Assembly: GCF_004010195.1 (NCBI RefSeq)
Contig: NC_057755.1
Coordinates: forward strand, 759,581-823,580
DNA: 64,000 bases
Source: Chiloscyllium plagiosum
Lineage: Eukaryota
Direction: 5' to 3'
In this document: one piece after another, positions 1 to 13,659 of the stretch
How positions within the stretch are numbered: the stretch's first letter is position 1
How the letters are laid out: every line of letters starts with the position of its first letter
Notes under the pieces: model-generated
Told to the model about the DNA's origin: nothing
Database searches by the model: none
The model's input: the letters and a program-made list of their open reading frames with translations, nothing else
Program-made: the position numbers and the translations under genes

Positions 1-3000
1 GAAAAATGTTTTCCGTTGGTACTTTTATATCTTTCTCCTCTCACCCGAAACTTATGTTTTCTCATCTATGGACTCCCCAACACCAGGGAAAATACTTTGT
101 CTATGTGCCCTATCCATGCCCCTCATAATTTTTTTCAACTCTATAATGTCACCCCTCAGCCTCCGATGCTCCAGGGAAAACAGCCCCAGCCTATTCAACC
201 TCTCAGTATAACTCAAACCCCCCATCCCTGGCAATATGCTTGCAAATACTTTCTTAAACCTTTCATGTTTCACATAATCCTTCCTTTTGGAGTGAGACCA
301 GAATATCACACAACTTTTCCAAAAGTGGCCTATACAATCTCCTGTACAGCTGGAACATGATCTCACAACTCTTATAACCAATGCTCTGACCAATAAAGGA
401 GCACATTCCAAACGCTTTCTTCGCTATCCTATCCACTGAATACTCCACGTCCAAGGATACGAGGAACTGCACTCCAAGGTCTCCTTGTTCAATAATACTC
501 CCCAGGAATTGACCATTGAGTACAGGTCCTGCCCGGATTTGCCATTCCAAAATGCAGCATCTCACATTTATCTCAATTAAACTCCATCTGCCACTCTTCA
601 GCCCATTGGCCCATCTGGTCAAGATTCCATTTTTCTCTGACATACCTTCTTTGCATCTGCAGCACTTCGAATGTTGGTGATATTTACAAAACGTACTAAC
701 CATTCCTGCCATATTCACTTCTAAATCATTTATATCAATGACGAAAATCAGTGGACCCAGTACCGACTCTTGTCGCACACCAATGGTCACAGGCCTCTAG
801 CCTGAAAAGCAACCCTCCACTATCACCCTCTGTCTTCCAGTTTCGAGCCAGTTCTGCATCAAAATAACTAGCTCCCCCTCTATTCTATGTGGTATGAACT
901 CACAAAGCAGACTATCATGAGGAAAATTGTCAATCACCTTACTGAAGTCCACATAGGTTTTGCCCACCACTCTCCACGCATCAATCCTCTCCGTTACTTC
1001 TTCAAAAAACTGAATCAAGTTAGTGAGACATGATTTCCTATTTGCAAATCCGTGTTGAAAATTCCTAATCACTCCTTCCTTATTCAAATACACGGTACAT
1101 ATGAATCCTGTCCCTCAGGATTCCCCCCAACAACTTACCGCCACTGATGTCAGACTCAACGGTTTATAGTTCCCTGGCTTTTCCTTACCATCTTTCTGAC
1201 ATCGTGACACTACATTAGACAAAATCCAGTCTTCCAGCACCTCACCTGTGACTATTAATTATCCATTTATCTCAACATGGGGCCAGAAATCACTTCCCTA
1301 GCCTCCCAAAGATTTACAGAGTACACCAGTTCAGGTCTTGGGGATTTACCCAACTTTATACGTTCTTTGACATCCAGCAAATCCTGCTCTGGAATATGGA
1401 CATTTTTCAAGATGTCACCATCTAATTCCACACATTCTATATCTTCTATGCCTTTCTCCACAGTAAATACTGATGCAAAATACTCGTTGAGTATCACCCC
1501 CATCTTCTGCATTTCTACACAAAGGCTGCCTTGCTCAACTTTGAGGGGGTCCTCTTCTCTCCTCATTTACACTTTTGTCCTTAATGTATTTAGAAAATCT
1601 CCTTAGATTCTCCTTACCTTTTTGCCAAAGCTATCTCATGTCCCCTTTCTGCCCTGCTGATTTCCCTCTTTAGTATGTTTACTGCATTTTACTCTTCAAA
1701 GGATTCACTCGATCTCTGATATCTATACCTGACGAATGTTCCTTCTTTTTCTTTATCAAAACTTATACCTACCAGCCTTTCCTGTCGCCCTAACTTGAAT
1801 ATACTCTTTCTGGACTCTCGTTGTCTCATTTTTGAAAGCTTCCCATTTTTAACTCTCCCTTTTTCGGAGAACAATTACCTCCAATACACCTTTGGAAGTT
1901 CTTGGCTAATGGCCTTACTCCAATTTAGAACTTTAACTTTTAGATTCGGTCTATCCTTTCCCGTCCCTATTTTAAATTTACAGAGCAGTCTCTGCTCCTC
2001 GGTGCTTCCTTAACCAAACTTCAGTCACTTGCCCTGTCATATATCCCAAAAGGTGGCCAGGTTTTGCACATTCTCTAGTAGGTATATCGCATACTGAATC
2101 AGAAAAGTTTGATGCAGAACTGAATAAATTGCTCTCCATTCAGTACTCTTAATAATGTGTCAGTCCCAGTCTATGTTTGGTCTGTTATAATCCCCTACCA
2201 TTACCACAATATTCTTCTTGCAAATAACTGCGATCCCCATTCAAATTTGTTTCTCAAATTCCCACTGACTATTGAGGAATCTGTAATATAATCCCAATAA
2301 GGTAATCAACCCTTTGTTAATTCTCAGTTCCACCCAAGTAGCTGCCTTGAATGTATTCTCAGGATTATCCTTCTGAACTACAGCATAACGTAATCATGTA
2401 TCAAAAATGTAAGTCCCCCTCTTCTCTTTCCCCCTTTCTTTCCTTCCTGCAGCATTTCGATCATGCAACTTCACGCTGCCAGTCCAGTCCATCCCTGAAA
2501 CACATCTCTGTAATTGCTATGATATTCCAGTCGAATGGTCCGAACCATGCCCTCAGTTCATCTGCCTTCCCGGTTAAGTATCTTATACGGAAATAAATGC
2601 AATTTAATCTGTCAGTCCCACATCCTTCTCTGCTTTGTTCCTGCCTGCCCTGGCTATTGGACTTGCTCCTTTTCCGAACTGTAACAGTCATAGAATGAAC
2701 TCTTTCCTCAATATCACCATGGCCACACCACCCACCCCCAACAACGCCCCTCCCTTCCGTACCCTCACACACCTCAACTCATCCTTACTATTTTAAATAT
2801 TTCTGAGCAGCTGTCGCAAATCTCCAGGACAGTAAATTATTTCTCTTCCAATTCAGGTGAAGTCTGTCTGCCTTATACTTCTACACAGACAATATTCCAA
2901 CGACACAAAAATGTGAGCCCATCTGCCCTGCACCAGCTGCTCAGCTACACTATAATCTGCTCTGTCCTCCTATTCCCATACTCACCAGCTTGTGGTACTG

Positions 3001-3009
3001 AGAGCAATC
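1..3009 (-). mobile_element. CR1-clade LINE (copy A), 3' part: decayed ORF2 (APE endonuclease + RT) and end of ORF1; runs off the window start
   Basis: Minus-strand ORF fragments give CR1 ORF2 motifs: CIYF..LTGKADELRAW..DWNIIAITE (APE), FQHGFANRKSCLTNLIQFFEEVT, QESVLGPLIFVIDINDL, LGLFSLEHRRLRGD. 2790-3009 resembles the ORF1 SGNH-esterase C-terminus. Many frameshifts and stops. Confidence 0.93.
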
Positions 3010-5212
3010 AAACATAACATAGAACATAGAAGAATACAATGTGGAACAGGCCCTTCGGCCCTCGATGTTGCGCCTACCTGTGAACTATTCTCAGCTCGTC
3101 CCCTACACTATCCCAAAATCATCCATTTGCTTATCTAAAATTGCTTAAATCTCCCGATTGTGGCTGAATTGACTACATTAGCCTCTATTCCTGATAAAGG
3201 GCCTTTTCAGTCGATTTTCCTGCTCCTCGGATGCTGCCTGACCTGCTGTGATTTTCAAACACCCCTTTAATCTACAATAGCAGGTAGGGCATTCCACGCC
3301 CTTACCACTTTCTGCGTAAAGAACCTGCCTCTGACATCTGTCTTAAATCTATCACCCCTGAATTTGTAGTTATGTCCTTTCGTATAAGCTGATGTCATCA
3401 TCCTAGGAAAAGGTCTTTCACGGTCTACCCTATGTAATCCTCTGATCATCTTGTATATCGCTATCAAATCCCCCCTTATCCTTCTTCTTTCCAATGAGAA
3501 CAGATCCAAGTCTCTCAGCCTTTCCTCGTAAGACCTTCCCTCCAGACCAGGCAACATGCTGGAAAATCTCCTCTGCACCTTTCCCAATGCTTCCACATCC
3601 TTCCTGTAATGAGGCGACCAGAACTGTACCCAATATTCCAAGCGTGGCCGCACCAGCGGTTTGGATAGCTGCAGCATGAGATTGCGGTTCAGGAACTCAA
3701 TCCCTCTACTGTTGAAACCTAATACACCGTATGCCTTCTTAACAGCACTATCCACCTGTGTGGCAACTTTCAGAGATCTATGCACATGGACACCAATATC
3801 CCTCTGCACATCCACACTACCAAGAAACCTTCCATTGACCCAGTACTCTGCCTTCCTGTTGTTCTTCCCAAAGTGCATCACCTCACATTTATCTACTTTG
3901 AACTCCATTTGCCACCTCTTAGCCCAATTCTGCAGTTTATCCAAGTCCCCATGCAACCTGTAACATTCTTCCAAACTTCCACTACTCCACTAACTTTTGT
4001 GTCGTCTGCAAATTTACTAATCCATCCACCTGTGCCTGCGTTTAAGTCATTTATAAAAATGACGAACAGCAGTGGTCCCAAAACAGATCTTTATGGCAAA
4101 CCAATAGTAATATTTTCCATCAACCACCACTCACTGCCTTCTTTCAGAAAGCCAGTTTCTAATCCAAACTGCTAAATCACCCCCAATTCCATGCCTCTGC
4201 TTTTTCTCCATCAGCCTACAATGTGGAACCTTATCAAAGGCTTTACTGAAGTTCATGTATACCACGTCAACTGTCCTACCCTCATCTACATGCTTGGTCA
4301 TCTTCTCATAAAAAACAGTGAGGTTTGTGAGACACGACTTGCCCTTGACAAAACCATTTTGACTATCTGAATTCAAATTGTTGCTTGCTGGATGATTAAA
4401 AATATTATCTCTTATAATCCTTTCCAAAACCTTTCCTACAACAGAAATAAGTCTCACTCGTCTATAATTACCTGGGTCATCTCTGCTGCCCTTCTTAAAC
4501 AAGGGCACAACATTTGCAATCCTCCAATCCTCAGGTACTAAACCTGTAGACAATGTCGACTCAAATATCAAAGCCAAATGCTCTGCTATCTGCTCACTAG
4601 CTTCCCAGATAATCATCGAGTAAATCCCATCGGACCAAGTGGACTTGTCCACTTTCACTCCTTCTAGAATTGATATCACCTGTGCGTAAATAACCTCAAT
4701 ACATTCTAGTCTAATATCTCATACATTGGTCTGCTCATCTACAATACTCTCCTTTTCCTGAGTGAACATCGATGAGAAATTTTCATTTAGCATCTCTACA
4801 GGGTCCACACTCAACTTCCCACTTGTCGTTGACTGGCCCTATTCCCACCCCAATCATACCTTTATTGGTCACATACCTGTGGAAAGCTTTAGGGTTCTCT
4901 TTTATTCCATTTGCTGAAGATTGCTCGTGTCCTCTCTTTGCTCTTCTTAACTCTCTCTTTAAATCCTTCCTAGCTGATCTGTAACTCTCCCTCGCCTCAT
5001 CTGTACTATCTTGCCTCATTAACACATCAGCGTTCATCTTCTTCTTAACAAGCGATGCAATTTCTGTAGTAAACCACGGTTCCCTAACCTTACCACTTCC
5101 TCCCTGCCTGACAGAGACGTACCTATCAAGGACACGCAATATATGTTCCTTAAACCAGCTCCACATTTCGATTGTATGCACCCCCTGCATTTTGCTAACC
5201 CATTCTATGTTT
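3010..5212 (-). mobile_element. 5'-truncated CR1 LINE (copy B) nested in ORF1 of copy A
   Basis: The 3' tail (ttctatg)n appears as aacatagaacatagaa at ~3011-3030. RT motifs include VPEDWRIANVVPLFKKG, GPLLFVIFINDL, SKFADDTK and RPRLEYWVQFWSP. The copy A esterase sequence resumes at ~5213. Confidence 0.92.
3183..3271 (+). mobile_element. Short Penelope-derived insertion (one arm of the palindromic family, decayed hammerhead motif) inside CR1 copy B
   Basis: Matches the right arm of the 14266 element (ctgctcctcggatgctgcctgacctgctg). It is flanked by a 10-bp duplication, ctacattagc (3173-3182) / ctacaatagc (3272-3281). Confidence 0.8.
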
Positions 5213-6528
5213 TCTACCCTCAAGGACCTGCTTTTAAATTCCTGCCTAACCTCTTATATTCGTCCTTCAGAACTTAATCTTTTTCCTTCCTATGTCGTTA
5301 GTTCCAATGAGCACAATGACGTCCTGCTGGTCCCACTCCCTTTGAGAATATTCTGCATCCTCTCTGAGATATCCTTGATCCTGTCACCAGTGAGGCAACA
5401 GGCACTCTTGGACACAGAAACATCGCTTGAGCCTCTGACGACAGAGTCCCCAATCACAATCGATCACTTGGAAACTGACGTACCGCTCGGTATATTAGAG
5501 CCAGACTTGGCACCAGAAACTTGGCTGTTCGTGCAAAATTCCCCTCAGAGTCCATCACCCTCTCCATTTTCCAAAATATCATGCATGGTTTAGATGGAGC
5601 AAGCCACAGGAGGACCCTGCACTACCCACCTCACTATCCTATCTTACCTGTAAGTAACCCATCTACCTGACTCTATTTGTGTTTTTCTCCCTTCCTGTAG
5701 CTGCCATCCATCACACTGCCTAACACCTAGAATTTCCTCATTGCCTCCAACTGCTGATCCAACTGTTCCATGTGATCTGATAGGATTCACAAACAAACTC
5801 ATTTAATATAGCCATAATCATCGGTAACATGGAAGCTTTCCCTAATATTCCACATCCGACAGGAATAGTACATCACACTGCTAAAAACCATCTTTGCACC
5901 TTAATAATCTGCAGACCCAGAAAATACCACAGACTTACTGCTCTAAAAGACACAGCTCCAGGCTAAAGTAGTAACTATTCTGTACATTTTTACATTTTAA
6001 TCAAGTGAAAGATCTTAATAAAGCCTACAATCAAAAATAAATGACTCTACTCACTGTTGGAGATTTACGAAAAGAATGTCAGCAAGATTACAATTAAAAA
6101 CCATGCATTTGTCTGGTCCTGTGCTGTGAACTCTCCCACACAGGTTCCTCCAAGTTCAGTTGTGATTTCTCACTGTTAATTTTTCTTAAATGCACTCTAA
6201 TGCTCAGAAATACATGAACTCAAAAGGCAAATGCAGCAGCTGTGCAGCTTCACTGGTGTGTCAGAAAGCAGTGTAGTTTGCTTTACTCCCCCCAACCTCT
6301 CTCTGTGTCTCTCAATGACCAGTGGTCTCTAACTTTGCCTTTGTTCCTCCTTTTTAAAATTGTGTTGCTTTGAACTTTCTTTTCCCCAAGTTTCCAAAAC
6401 AATGCAACAGCTTTCAAACAATAATAACACCTCCAGGATTTTGTGGATGTCACCTCTGACACCTAAAATACTGCAAGAAAAGAGCAGCTCTTCCAGCCAC
6501 AATCTTTTCAGGTCCTCCAATTCGGATT
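5213..6528 (-). mobile_element. CR1 copy A, 5' part: ORF1 (zinc-finger/coiled-coil/esterase) and 5'UTR
   Basis: Its reverse complement is similar to ORF1 and the 5'UTR of the + strand CR1 at 48180-49700. For example, aatccgaattggaggacc at the 5' end corresponds to aatccaagatggaggacg. Confidence 0.85.
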
Positions 6529-6689
6529 GCCTGGAAGTTCGCCGACTCCCCATGTGAAATTCGATTTAATTCTCCACAGTGTTCCAATGGTGGATACAGG
6601 CAAAATAGACCCAGGCCATTTAACGCACCAAGTGCATTCACTTTAACACTCTTCAGTCTTTCTACACTCCCATTACAAATACACTAACG

Positions 6690-7010
6690 TTATGGCACAT
6701 AAAGGGGCCATTCATGTCACTATCACCTAAATAAACTTGCTACCTGTACTAGTCACACTTTCCAGCACATGGTCTACAGTGTTGAAGATTCCTACACTTC
6801 AGGTGCAGATCCAAGTTCCATTTAAATGAGTTCAGGTTGGTTGCATCAAGCCACCATCAAAATGGAGCAGCGACTTCCAGTCGCACCATCATCATCCTCA
6901 ATATATCTCCCATCAACACCTAACACCATTCTAGTAAATCTCTTCTGTACCCTCCTCAGTGCAATTCTGTCCTCACTGCTTGGTGATGACCAGAACTGTG
7001 CAAAAAACCA
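6690..7010 (-). mobile_element. Old CR1 3'-end fragments
   Basis: aatctcttctgtaccctc...tgaccagaactgtgca is typical of the CR1 RT C-terminus in antisense. Confidence 0.55.
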
Positions 7011-8892
7011 CATCCACGCAGTGCCTCATGTTGTTCCAGTATTACAGATCTGACGGGGCTGAGGGAATTTGTTTTGCATTGGTTGTGGTGCAGAGTGAAA
7101 CCGCGGTATGGATGTCTGATCAGGGTCTGAAGCATATAATTAATCTGCACGGATATGGTTGGGACACAATCTATTTGAAATGTTGGGTTAGTTTATCAGT
7201 TTCTCAGGAGTTAGTCTTAGTGTTTAGTAACTTCATTTCTGTTCTAACGACAGCTGATTAATTGCAGAACAACGAATATCGTGGACAGAAATCCACCTTG
7301 ATGGATCATAATCTTACTTGTTTTGATTTAACAAAGCGATCTCTTGGTGAATCGTAAACACACAATGCTGCAAATATTGCTTCCACACAAAACAGAAGTT
7401 TATTGCAAAACAAATGATGGCAAAATAGAATAAACCAAACTATGCACGTACAACACAGATTCAAAGGCAATGAGCATGCAGTAAGTGTATAATTCTCATT
7501 CATCTAAACACAATGCCTAAATGAAACATAAGGATGTGAATTTTATGTTTTCTATAAGACACAACTCCCAGTAGTGTTCCAAAGAAAATAACACTCATAT
7601 AATATTCATATCAGATTCCCTGTAATAATCATTTGTTTAAATGAGTTGCGACTGCCATTTCTGCACTGGAACGGCAATCAATTTCGTCCTCGAATCACCG
7701 CATACCTAAGTATCAATGTACTCAATGTAAACAATCTCTCAAGAGGTTTTCCTTGTCCCAGCACTTGTGTCTTGGGCCAACACAACATATTCATTCCAAG
7801 GCAATTGATTTTTTCTAAAACTCTCATTCCCTTCGCATGAGCACTGATCTATTCATCCACTCGGTTCAAGTGTCTTGCAGAAACTAAAAGAAAAGAAAGA
7901 AGTGATTGAAGTGAAAATAATGCTTTCTCACTTAAGGGTTTCTTTCTTAAACACAAATTCCAGAAGTCTTCAACAAATTTTTCAAGTTCCATTAATACCA
8001 TCCTGGGTTGCAAGCATCAAAATTAAATAATGGTTCACTCGTGCACAAAGCCATCAGCCTGCAGCCAAAACTCCATCGCTATTTTTAAAACAAATTGCTG
8101 TGATAATAGAAATAACTTCAAGTTCTCCATTATCTTCCGATGTACAGAGAAGCCCACTGCTTATTCACTCAAAAATTCAGAACCAAACGCAAACTAAATG
8201 ATTTTGCGCTGCTTACATAAAAATATTCACCACTTATATTTTTCCAAAGTGATTCCTCTTCTTAATTCCACCGAAATTCCCTGAAGTGTCCAAGTGAAAT
8301 GGAGATTTCTGGACCATTCCCAGAAGAGATGAATAATTTCGCAGGCAGATCCTGCAGAATCTGCAACGATCGGAATTCCATGGGGGTGACTGTAATCTGA
8401 GACGAAATAACTGATCGTCTGTCACTGTATGACATTTGGGCACAACATGCCCATGTGTCATTGTCAGTGGCAGAGTGAACCGCAGTGAATCCTCACACAG
8501 ATTCACACAAATTCAATGGTGCAAGGCACTTAGCAGGAATTGTTACAAATGGAAGGGTCGTTTCAAATATTTTCCGCATATGATGAAATGCAAACGTCAT
8601 TTTCTGCCTGAATCTCTTTGAGCGGACAATCTCTCTGTACTCAATACCGAGGTGATACAATCTCAAAGCCTTTCAGTTTTCCCTCCTGGCATCACCTGGA
8701 GGACTGTTACATTACAATGTTGTTCAATCCATTTATTTACGAATTTGAACAAGCAGGTGACAGCAGTGAGTTAACTCCATGTTCTCATAGAGTATTTTTA
8801 GAACTGAGGTTTATTGAATGATGCAAATCTCAATCGGTCAATAGCAAACACATGAAAATGTATGTGGAAGAAAATTATGAAATGCTTATAAT

Positions 8893-8988
8893 GTGGAAGC
8901 AGGTCAATGGGCCCATCGAGTCCACACCGACCCCGCAAAGGTCATCACACCTAGACAGCAACAGGGTGCTGAGCCACTGTGCCACCCT
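8893..8988 (-). mobile_element. Internally deleted HE1-type SINE
   Basis: The HE1 3' part (gagtccacaccgacc) is joined directly to the HE1 5' head (agccactgtgccaccc). Confidence 0.6.
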
Positions 8989-10152
8989 GTATACCAGCAT
9001 TGACACCCCAATACCATCTATCAAACACTGGAATCTTATTTTATTTCAGTGTCGTACTTCCCTTGCCTTTGACCATTTGGGAATTAAATTACAGTTGTTG
9101 AGTGAGTCTGAGAAACGTTCTCCTCAATACTGGGATGTGGATTCCCTGGTTTTCAGCGGCTGCTCTGTGAAGGAATTGTAGTTGGTGAACGGAGGTGACA
9201 CATTGTAAGTTGTAATAATTCAAACGTTGCAATGCAATTCCTCAACTTGCACGCATACAGCTTCTGAATCAAATATAACATCTCCAATTCAGGCAAGAAT
9301 TGAAACAACTAAAACTAGACTCTGACAAATGCCCATAAAGGTGATATAAGTTCCATTCAATACAGATCCTCATACTAGGATACGAGTGTCCTAGACATGT
9401 TTCGGACCTGCTCTGAGACACACACGATCTGTGCAGCAGCACATGGGGATGAGGTATTCTCTGTTCCCTGCAGTGCGTTGCACATGCACAGAGAAGAAGC
9501 CTAAAACATCTGACTCATAATATGATGGAACATTTTTAAGTGAGACGGTGGATTGAGGCCAGAGAGGGATTTGCACACACAAGGATGCAGAAATGTCAAA
9601 TTCTGGAAATATTTAAGTAGGTGTCACTGTTGTGATGAGACCTGTAGTGATGGAGAAATTGGACTTGGTGTGAGGACTGATGAAGGACAGAAAACAGAGA
9701 GCAGGAATAAATGCGTCATCGTCACGTTGTCAGGTTGGTATTAGTGATTGCCACAAGGATCATTTATCCAGACACAGCCATTGATAATCTCTATCAATGA
9801 ATGAGATAAGGGATCATGTATGACGTTTGTTGACAACACAATGTTGGGTGGAACAGTAAAAGACAAGGAGGAGATTGAAACTCTGAGAAGTGCAAGAACA
9901 GGTTTAGTGAGTGAATGAACACGAAACATTCTGTGCAATATAATGTAGAGATATGTGAGGCATTTTTCATTCATTTCTGTCTTGGAAAGATTTCAGATCA
10001 CTGATAAACTTACAGATGCTTATCCTCGTCCTAAATCAAGAGGCAACAAGAAGTCTTGCGGTCCATTCAATGCCAGTAGTTCCCATTATTTTCTTGAAAA
10101 CTTTACTCATCTCAGACCCTTCTAAATTTGAGGAATTCAACCCTGGATTTGT

Positions 10153-11610
10153 GTCATTTCAGTACCTCATCATTGAATCCTTGCTTTCCAGCGATCATTC
10201 TGGTCAATCGATGCTGCACTCGCATTGACGTGGACTTCCAAAGCACCGGTTTTGTTTTTGTTTTTCCCTATTTATAAAGTCAATTCGCTGCTGTGTTAAC
10301 ATCAATTGGCAGCAGTGGACAAAGCAAAAATGATGCACTGACTCTTTCAGAACCATCAATCCTCACTTGACAGGGTCCAGTATGGTATATTGTCTCAACA
10401 GTGCCTCGGGTTGAGTAAATCACAGAAAAAAACTTCAGCACAATAATTTGTGTGGGTGGACTGTAGGTTGGACAGGGGTGGGAGCGGGCAAGTGTGGAAA
10501 GTGAAGAGCCCGAAGTCCTTGTCCACAGTGGCACCAACTCTGTTTGGTGGCGAAAAAACCCTGAGTCTGGCATTCTGTCATTACAAGTTCAGAGCCTTTG
10601 ACAGAAATCTGTCACTGAGTCAGGATTTCACCATCTCAATATACCTGACATTCGCTCTTTAGAATCAGCTGTCTCCCTGATTGTCCCAGATTAACAGCCC
10701 CAGTCAGGGATTTCATATCCAGTAATTTCCAGCTGGCTGACCTCATAACTATCATTACCAGGAGAAAAACCAATGAGTTTCTGAAAGTAGAGGTCAGCAA
10801 ATCAGGCAAAAATTGAAAAGATGATCCGTAGGTAACTCCGATTGCTTATGAGGCCGAATAACGTGTGGCTGGGTCATTTCAGTACATCATCATTGAATCC
10901 TTGCTGTCCAGCGATCATTCTGGTCAATCGATGCTGCACTCGCATTGACGTGGACTCCCAAAGCCCCGGTTTTGTTTTTGTTTTTCCCTATTTATAAAGT
11001 CAATTCGCTGCTGTTTTAAACTTCAATTGGCAGCAGTGGACAAAGCGAAAATGATGCACTGACTCTTTCAGAACCATCAATCCTGACTTGACAGGGTCCA
11101 TTATGGTATATTTTCTCAACAGTGCCTCGGGTTGAGTAAATCACAGAAAAAAAAACTTCAGCACAATAATTTGTGTGGGTGGACTGTAGGTTGGACAGGA
11201 GTGGGAGCGGGCAAGCGTGGAAAGTGAAGAGCCCGAAGTCCTTGTCCACAGTGGCAGCAACTCTGTTTGGTGGCGAAAAAACCCTGAGTCTGGCATTCTA
11301 TCATTGATAACCACTTATTTACAAATTCAGAGCCTTTGACAGAAGTCTGTCACTGAGTCAAGATTTCACCATCTCAATATACCTGACATTCGCTCTTTAG
11401 AATCAGCTGTCTACCTGATTGTCCCAGATTAACAGCCCCAGTCAGGGATTTCATATCCAGTAATTTCCAGCTGGCTGACCTCATAACTATCATTACCAGG
11501 AGAAAAACCAATGAGTTTCTGAAAGTAGAGGTCAGCAAATCAGGCAAAAATTGAAAAGATGATCCGTAGGTAACTCCGATTGCTTATGAGGCCGAATAAC
11601 GTGTGGCTGG
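10153..11610. repeat. Recent head-to-tail tandem duplication (10153-10872, 720 bp; 10873-11610, 738 bp)
   Basis: Both copies start gtcatttcagtac and end acgtgtggctgg. They are nearly identical; copy 2 carries an extra ~15-bp segment near 11306. Confidence 0.97.
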
Positions 11611-12479
11611 AAACACAGTTTCTAGCAGGAAGGACTTTGGAGGTCTCAATCATTGGAAATGTTTCTCAGCCTGGGGCGATATGTATAACTTTTGATTTCT
11701 TTTTGTTTCAGTTGGTTGGGGTTTGGTAGCCAGCTGGGGAAACATGCTCCATTTGCTGAGGAACATTCAATCAGATCTCACAGAGGTTTGGGAATCTGGA
11801 ATCAATCTCAGTTCGGAAGGAAATGAAGTTGGCCATCGGAAGTAGACAATATTTGATTGAAAGAGAAAGGCAACATAATCACATCCTGGATCTCTTAAGA
11901 TGCTGTGCTTTTGAACCCTAGTCTTCAGGATTGAACTCTTCCGTCCCGTGCCTCACAGATTTAGGGACAGATTTCTTACCAGCGAGGTGCTAGTTGATTT
12001 TCAGGAGATCCTCAGTAACATATACGTTAAGTGATGCAGTTACTGTCAAAACCTAACTTCTTTTTTCATTTTGTCTATATGACGATGTGCGAGGTATTTG
12101 TTCAGAAACTGACTGAAGGAATATATCAATGAGTTTAACTCGTCGCAAGCGCCCAAGAATCTAAAGCCATAATGCACATTGAATGGACTATTTTATTATA
12201 TCTCACAGCAATTAATTGACACAACAGCACAGATGTAAGCAGGAAGTAATTTCTTAAACTGTCTCCAAAAATTACGGACAAAATGAGACAGCTCTGTGTA
12301 ATAATATTATTGCATTTGGGAAGATTGATCATAAAATGTTTACATTGTTTATTTAGATGGAGAATGAAGAAATTGAATTTGAAACTCAGAGCCCTCAATG
12401 CAAATAGAGAGAACAGTAAGGAATTGAAACATAAATTGGTAAAAATGGATTGAGTTCTCAGTGGATCGGCAATGGCTAA

Positions 12480-13320
12480 TGAATCGCAACAATTATTCAG
12501 TCACCTCTAGGAAACTAATCAGACAGGAAAGCTGGTAATGGGCAGTGCTGCCTGATTCCAGGACGGTTCGGGAAGCTTTCTGATTCCCTCCCATTTACTG
12601 AGAATGCACAAATGCTGTTGGTGCAAACCAGGCCAATCCAATTGCAGCTCTCGTCCCCAAAGCCAATTTTGGAGATTATACACATGTGTTGGTGTGCTAT
12701 TTCCTGTCAAAGGCCTTTTCCTCGTCCAGGCTGATAAGGCTGGTTTCCAACCTCACTACCCCTCACATAGACACTTATATCATTGAGGAGTGCGAAACTC
12801 TCAGAGACCATCCTTTCCAGTACAGCACGGGTTTGTTCGGGATGAATCACTGATCCCACAGCAGACCTGAGCTAATTGGTGATTGTCTCAAATAGGATTC
12901 TGGAAACCACATTCAGTAGTGGAACCGTTCGTCAGTCCTTCATGTCCTCCTTGGAATTGTAGATGCGAGGGATGATAACTTTCCCGTTGTATTCACACAG
13001 GCTACGGGTTCGAAGCATACTGTTGTACACTTCCAGCAGGTCCAAGCCAATCAAGTGCCACAGAGGTGAAAACAATTCAGGTGGCAAACCATCACTTCTG
13101 GAAATTGTACTTTTTCTAAGGACTTGAGGGCCTTGGGTTGTTCCTCCAGATGTCACTGCTGGCATAGACTCCCCCGTCTGTTGTCGTCCAGAACTTCTTG
13201 ATAGATGACAGGAACAACTGGGAGGCCACACCGTCAGTGGGCTTCCTGTCATATAGACTGAGATCAAAGGATGTGCTGATCCTCAGTACGTTCTTCCCGG
13301 TGGTCACTCTCTCAGCAACA
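12480..13320 (-). mobile_element. L1-Tx1 clade RT fragment
   Basis: KSTISRSDGLPPELFSPLWHLIGLDLLEVYNSML..KVIIPRIY matches the Tx1 KSPGxDGLPxEFY region. Confidence 0.8.
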
Positions 13321-13659
13321 ACTCTTTTAATCGAGACTCATCCGAGAATTAACCCCAAGGCCTAGCGTCACTAGCAAACAAAGATTGTTTGGTCTGTTCC
13401 TTTTACCACAAGTTGTCTCAAAGGTCAGAATTTACTCTCAGCAAACAGTTCTCAGTTCACGGCTAGAAACGTCTTTTATTAAAATAATACACGTAAGAAA
13501 AAGCCAGTGAAGGTTCTATCATCTCTGGTCCCCATCATTTCTGGTGTATTGTTCACCTTCTCCTTTGGGAAGTCTCTATGGGGATATAAATAAGAAGGTT
13601 TTAGAGGGATGTGGGCCAAATGGGAAAATTTAGGCTATCTGATCGGCATGGCTGAGTTT

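Noticed and set aside
3267..3974. Longest ORF (235 aa) as a functional or domesticated gene
   Set aside because: It is the RT C-terminus of a truncated CR1 whose upstream part is frameshifted.
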